Origin: Auanema rhodensis
Taxonomy: Eukaryota; Animalia; Nematoda
Direction of reading: 5' to 3'
Assembly (NCBI GenBank): GCA_964057225.1
Contig: OZ059899.1
Location: 6,634,001-6,698,000 of the forward strand
Length of the DNA stretch: 64,000 bases
Below, piece by piece: positions 57,185-64,000 of this stretch (position 1 is the first letter of the stretch; every line of letters starts with the position of its first letter). The notes below the pieces were generated by a model. That model was not told where the DNA came from. It was given only the letters and a program-made list of their open reading frames with translations, and searched no databases. A program made the position numbers and the translations under genes.

Positions 57185-60100
57185 ATGCTGGAAATGAGCA
57201 CCAATATCTATGGAAATGGTGTGGATGGAGGATACGAATCAGCTGCAGGAAGCGTATCTAACTCTAGACGAAACTCTATTGGGTTTAAAGAATATGTGAG
57301 AAATAGACGATATACTATGCTTAGTAGGGTTAGTTCTTTTTTATTGTTTTGTTTTTGTTCAAAATAATATAAAACATGACTTGAATAACTAGAAAGCTCT
57401 TCTATAATCTTTTACTCATAGTTGGCGTCACCAACTAGTTATAATAAATTATATGTGAATTTAAAATTAAATTTTATATACTTTTCAGCCGAATTATCAA
57501 AGTTCAACTGCAGCTACAACCTATCCGATGACATTAACTTCTGACAATTCACGGAAAACAAGCAGCACAGATTCAAATTTTTGTGATGTTCCAGCTGATT
57601 TGGATGATGAGCCATCCCCACGACCAATGTTTCAAAGGCGAATGAGTGTTCCAGAGAAAGTTTTCCTTAGTGCTGTGAGTTTAGTTTATTGATTTTATGT
57701 ACAAGTTTGTATTGACAAATATATATTTGATATATTAAGACTATTGTATTTGATATAATACTTGTAACCATTCATAATTCTTTCAGGAATATGCTATACT
57801 TAGGGCTTCGAAGGAAGCAGATGCTCGTTTTGAGATTGTAGCTGCATTTGGTAACAACTTTTCTAAACTTTTTGAATTTTATATTTTATTTCCTTATGAA
57901 TTTTGAATTTTTAGATCGACATACCGATCCATTTCGGCATTATATGCAATCTCTTACATGTTATGATCTTCAACCAAACCATTCAGCTTTAGTGATTATT
58001 GATGGAAATCTACCAGTAAGTTATCAAGTTATAGAACTTTAAATGAACTTAACTATTTGTTCGAGAATGAACAAAGTAATATTTAAATTAAATTTTCTAT
58101 TATTTAATTATTTAGTATCGTAATTTTACTTTGTAATATGATCAATGATGTCTAAGAAACAATTTTGGTTGTATTTTCAAGGGTTAGAGACCACTAATCT
58201 CTTTCTGAGCCTTAATTCAAGTGACTTCCATTACTTTTGTTCTTTAAAACCTGATCTGAAATGCTTATTCACTTTTATGAGAAAACAGACATATCTAGAA
58301 ATATGGAAAATAAGTTTCTTTCTAAAAAAAAATTTCAAATGACGGTTACGGTGCAATGAATGCTAAGACATTCATGATGCGCGACGTCATGATCTTTATA
58401 TGACTAGTTAAGGAAAAAAAGAACTTTACACCAGGATTTAAACTGTAAAACATTGTTCTTTGATATAAATTTAATTATCTTGAAACATTGATTAAGATTT
58501 TATTTGTTTAGATTCACAAAGCTCTTACGGCACTTTGCCAATGTGGTCATCAAGCTGCTGTCGTCATGAACACAGAAGCCAAAGGTTCATTTTTCCCCAT
58601 TAATGACAAATAAACTTTAATTAAATTATTAGATGGATTGGGAATTTTAACAAACACGGATTGTCTTCGAGCAATATATCTTGCTGCTGAAGGTATTCAA
58701 AAAGTTGCTGATCAAACAGTGGCCCAATTTTTGAAGAGCAATAACAAGAAGCATCTCGTTCATACAGATGTCAACACCAGGTTCTCATACTTTTTCATAA
58801 AATTCTGTAATTTTTTCATTTTCAGCGTATGGGATGCTGCACGTCTGATTGTTCTTAATCGTGTACATCGGATACCTGTTATAGTTCAGAATGAGGATCC
58901 TGATGCCAAGCCATCGTATCAAGGAGAGATATGCTATACTCTAAGTTTGCGAAAAGTTTTCTTGGAAACAATATTAAAGCTGGTAAAAGTTGTTATATAG
59001 TATATAAGAAAACAATATATGTTTTAGTCTGATCCAAAATTATCATTAGGTCCACATATCAAACAGAAAACATTGTCTGACCAAAAAATTGGAACATGGA
59101 GTAATTTGATTACGGTATGTTCCTTATAATATAAAAATATATTTGAACAAACATTTCTATCTTTTGATTTTTTTATAATTTATTTTATTTTTCATTTGAT
59201 ATGATTTAAAATTTGTTTAAACTGGTATATGTAGTTTGTTTTTCTTTCTTCTCATGTTCCAAATGGTTCAATGCTCTCGATTTATATATTATGTATGTCA
59301 GAGAGTTTGCTCATTTTGCTTGAACAAAAGTTCATTTTCAGTACTAAGTAGAAAAACATTACCATAAATAGAAGGAAAATTAGAAATTTTATCCTTTTTC
59401 AACTTCCGGGGTTTATAATATTAAAGAAAATGCTTCCAAAGGGCTCTAAGTCAACAAATGTGCTTATATTATTTTCTTTTATAAAAAAACTACCCAAGGG
59501 ATACAAAATACTATTGAAATATTATATATATAAACATGTATAAAAGTAAAATTTATAGTTTATATATATCTTGTTGCAAAATAGTTTTGGATATCATTTA
59601 ACAATGTACAAAAGAAATATGCGTAGCTAGTTACATCACATATTCTGTTACAACTTCATACTTTCAGAGTCTCTCTCTCTCTATCTCTCTCTCTCTCTTT
59701 CACACATACACACTCTCTCTCACTTTCTCTCCTCTCTCTCTTTTTATCTTCCCTCCATGTTTTGAATCATTTTAAAGATTTATCCTCTTTTATTTGAAAT
59801 TTGTTCTTAAAATAGCCTCTCAATAAAAAAAACTTTTTTTTATATATGCATAAATGTATTATATTTCTATCATTTTTATTTGAATATTTTTAGAAATTAT
59901 TTGAATTTTGTAACATTTTGAATGTAAATGTAACTTCTAACCTAAGAAAGCAAATTAAAGAAAAAGTTTATATCTGTAACTTTAAAATCGGAATGCTGCT
60001 TTGAAAATCATTGAACACATCTTCTTGTAATGATGGATGAGTTGTTTTTGATTGTTACATCTCTAATTATTTCGTTGTTGATAGAATAGAATAGAAAGCT

Positions 60101-61088
60101 TAAAATGAAGAAGTGAACGATACATCTCTCTCTCTCTCTCCCCCTCTCTCTCTCTCTCTTTCCCTCCCTCTCTCTCTCTCGTTGTCTCTCTCTATAGACT
60201 CAGTTTTTCTTTGTGTATATTATATAATATATAAGAGGAAAAATTATATATATTATTCAATATATAAGAATGCAAGTGCCCTTACTTCAATTGAATCCGC
60301 GAGTATATTTTGAATTAAAGTCGAACCATGTAATGAGTTGCACATTGAGTTTTAAATGTACATATACATAACTCTATTTAGTATTCAAATATTTTTATTT
60401 AATTTCTTTTTTTAATTTAAAATATAAGTTCATATAAATCATAATCAATCACCATGTTTTCAGCTTCGGAGTGATGCAACTGTTTCTCAAGCCGTTGAAA
60501 AATTTTTAGAATGGTAATACAAACTATTTATTTTTGGCTTACTATAGAACATGATAGCTTTGCTATTACATATATTTCAGAAATTATTTTTTAGATTAAA
60601 ATTTTTAAAAAATATTTTCATTGAATTTCTTTGTTTTCAGCCATGTTTCTAATATTCCTATAATTGATACTGAAGACAGATTACTATCAGTTCTTTCAAA
60701 GAATGATATTATGTCGGAATTACCTTGCCATCCTCATAACTACTTGGAAATACTGGACATGCCTGTTTCAGTATGATATTTATATAGTTAAATATATATC
60801 TAATATATTATAATTAAGGAAATAATTCAACCAAATCCATCAACAGCCACAACAACAATGACAATATATGATACCATTGCTATTATTGTTGCTCAAGAAA
60901 AACAATCGGTGGTTTGTATTAACTTTTTATTTCTTTTTTTTTCATTAAATTATTAAAGTCTATAATTTTATAATTTTCAGGTAGTTGTAGATGTTGAGAA
61001 AAAACCGATAGCTGTAGTATCGTGTAGTGATATCATGGATTATATTCAAAACTGTTCTGATTTATGTCATAAGGCATCAGTCGCTTAA
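57185..61088 (+). CDS. aakg-3: Atypical AMP-activated protein kinase gamma subunit (CBS domains), multi-exon
   Basis: Ser-rich N-terminus with RRNS and RRMSVPE; DPFRHYMQSLTCYDLQPNHSALVIIDGNLP; SVWDAARLIVLNRVHRIPV; IGTWSNLIT; VSNIPIID; VVSCSDIMDYI; stop TAA at 61086-61088. The paralogue number is from memory and tentative. An acceptor just before the ATG allows for upstream exons. Confidence 0.85.
59670..59740. repeat. (CT)n/(CA)n microsatellite in an aakg intron
   Basis: Imperfect CT and CA runs. Confidence 0.85.
60125..60193. repeat. (CT)n microsatellite in an aakg intron
   Basis: Imperfect CT repeat of about 70 nt. Confidence 0.9.
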
Positions 61089-62765
61089 GCTTGGCTTTAT
61101 CTTAGTTGGCCGAACTTTTCTACAAAGACAATATTCTTAATTGAATTCCTTTATTGACCTATTTAATGAAGAAGACACATCTATTTTGAAAATGCTTTCA
61201 AACAGCAAATATTATAATGTGATGATGAGATTACCCCCATCCCCCCCCCCTTTTTTTAAAGTTTTAATTTAGAAATTATGTAAATTATTTGAATATATAT
61301 ATATATATATATATATAGTTATGAAATATATTGGGAGAATATGAAAAAAATCAAATAATAATGACTTTCAGTATAATTATAGTTTTCCTTAATCAGGAAT
61401 GTATTAGTTCATATAGATTTTATAATAGATTACTGTAACGTTCATTATTTTCTCTCATATCTTTCATATCTACTAAACTTGTCTTCTGATATGCTATAAG
61501 TAAGAAAAATAATTTTTACGCTCCTCAACCTACGGGCCTTCTTTTAAACCTCTACAGTATGTTGATTCCGTTTCAAAACCTATATTCGGATCTCGTTATC
61601 CTGAATATGTTAGATGTATGTATGTATACATGTATAGTGAACAGTGGATTGTTTGTTTTGTTTTGTTATATTCATTTATAATTTTCCTTTTTCACAATTG
61701 TTAAAAAATATTTTTGTTACTGTAGAAGTTATTCTTCTAGAAAATTCTGAATTTCGTTAGCTTTTACCTACTTAATGTACTTCTAACAGTGAAAAAAAAC
61801 GTTTTTTTTTATTTTCTCTAACTTATCACATCTCTCATCTCTCATCTTAAATACTTTTGTTAATTTTTTTAATTTGAAAATAGTTTCATATAACGAAATT
61901 GCTGAATATTCTCAGAAGTTGTTGTTGTAATATGTTCATACATACTATCCCACACAACATAAAGCTTCTATATCTTGTTTCAGGCTACATTTGTCTCATA
62001 GTTGATCTTAAATTCGTTGAGGCATTGTTAACAACTTGAAAAAGAATTTGTGAAAGTATCTTTGTAAATAATCAGAATCAGTTTCTTCTGATTTTCCCTG
62101 TAAAGTATTTGATGAGCAAATTAAACCTTTTTTTTTCAAAAAAAAAAAAAAATGTGTCATATACCATACAGGGATTATCTGCTTCTCTAATTTCCTAAAA
62201 TATTTTCTTGTCATCTGTGCATACGTGTAAAAATCACTGTATAGGATTACTATTATTTGCTAAATATATGCATATAATATAGTAATATATGGTAAAGTAT
62301 AAGATATTATATATTATGCTATTCTATATTATACTATATAATGTATTAAATTTTGTTTGTGTGTAATATTCTATACATTTTTTCTTGAGTCTGAATGAAT
62401 GAAGGCATCTATTTTAACTATATGCATATAATTATCATTTTAAATCTTTATTGAGTTTAAAAAACAAATGTTTTTTTTTTTCAAATTTATAACTGAAACA
62501 TCTAGTTACCAATATGGTGAGCTTGGAAACAGTTATAGAAATGCATCACCGTAAAACAGAGGTAAGTATTAGAATTGGAGAAGACATGCTTGTCGTCGGA
62601 ATCATCAAGAAACAAGTATATGTAAGTACCTTCAGATCTCAGTTCATCATATATGTATTTGAGTACTGACTGAATATACATAGATAAGATAAATATATAT
62701 AAGTTCACGATAAGTTCTTTATAAATATATATTATTTGCAATTTTTTAAAATTAATATTAACTAT

Positions 62766-64000
62766 TTATATGACTGATTCATTTGTTGCTTTTTTTGGTG
62801 TTTTTTTTGCTTGACCCGCGATTAGTGCTTGAATATATGATGTTAATAGTCCATCCATTTTGTAACCCTATAATTAAATTATATTTTTTAAAATTATTAT
62901 ACAGATTATAACTAACCATAGTAGTATCTAACAATAATTTCTTGCCATCATTTCCTTTGAGAACGTTTCCAATTGTCATATTAAAATATGTATTTCCACT
63001 TGTCCAATGACAAATCACATTGAATGGATACTAGAATATGTAGATATTTCTTTGTTTTTATTAAAAATAAAATAGTTTAACTTACATGAACTATTAACAT
63101 TTTATTTTCCGCATTATATATATGAACTCCTTGTTGGTTAATGGCAATTAATAGCTTTTCTGGCAGTGTTACATCAGACATTTGTGAAACCTAAAACAAA
63201 ATTAGGAGTATAACAATAATATTATATAATAAAAATAATTTAAAAATTAGATTTAAATTTTAAACTAACAGGGAAAAAGGCTGATCCAAATGTTGGCCAC
63301 TTATGAACAGTTCGTAAGAATTCAATCTTGGCTTGATCTGACGTCATATGCTCTACATGAACGTATGAATTGGAAATAGCCTATAAACATATTTATATTA
63401 AAATTATATAAAATAAGAGAATTTATAATACTTTTTTCCATTCTGATGAAGAACTTGATGATAATATATCTTTTGGTATAAGTTCAGATAGAAGTTGTGG
63501 TATTTGGGCGAGAGGAGCATTCTGAAGATATTTTTAATTATATATTATACATATAATTAAAACAATTTAATATTATCTAGGAAACTATAAAAGAAAGTGA
63601 ATAATTATAAATATTTTATAGTATTTTATATATAATTGTATGCTTTAAGTTCAATTTTCCAATGCAAACCTTGCTATCAATGGTCATAGCTCGAAGTAAT
63701 AAAGCAGCAATTTCGATGGCTGTTTGTTTGCCAACATTATGATATCCTAGTAAGTACTTGGGAGCTTCCTATAGAAAAGTAAAATGATTAGAATATATAC
63801 CTTGATTTAATTTATTATTTCCATTTTAATCATAAAAATTGTATAATTTTAGTAAAATATAATATTGCAATAGGGGGACATTAAGATTATTTTAATTATT
63901 GAAATGATTGTATACCTGATAGTAATGGAAAATCAAATCAGCATTAATATCATCTCCAGGTACAACATCCATCCAAAGCATACGCATAAAGAATACTTGA
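62766..64000 (-). CDS. hum-6: Unconventional myosin VII, C-terminal FERM domain (3' part; gene continues beyond the window)
   Basis: [28 protein letters not shown]|[10 protein letters not shown]...[10 protein letters not shown]...[10 protein letters not shown]...[22 protein letters not shown]...LLLDTTM|[12 protein letters not shown] is the myosin VIIa tail signature. Confidence 0.93.

Overview
AT-rich eukaryotic genomic DNA with many short (about 40-55 nt) GT-AG introns, TTTCAG-type acceptors and nematode-type gene content. I infer a nematode; the species cannot be determined. The ORF track only captures exon fragments, so gene models were spliced by hand. From left to right: iPLA2 (ankyrin + patatin, +); glutamine synthetase (+); a Patched-related protein (-); a secreted PAN + about 11 TSP1-repeat protein (-); a candidate miRNA hairpin; a small neuropeptide-like precursor with an allatostatin-C-like C-x6-C core (-); a chromodomain/SET SUV39-like gene (+); a tandem pair of membrane-anchored carboxylesterases, one intact and one degenerate (+); an MSP-domain protein (+); a roughly 100-aa orphan gene (-); a membrane-anchored papain-family pseudoprotease lacking its whole catalytic set (-); a BTB protein (-); about 15 kb of non-coding DNA; an atypical AMPK-gamma CBS-domain gene (+); and the 3' end of myosin VII/hum-6 (-). 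The strongest leads are the structured intron of glutamine synthetase with possible alternative splicing (plus a uORF-rich leader and a TTTGATC cluster), the dead papain-like protein, the AstC-like peptide, the candidate miRNA and the divergent SUV39-like enzyme. No database search was run.
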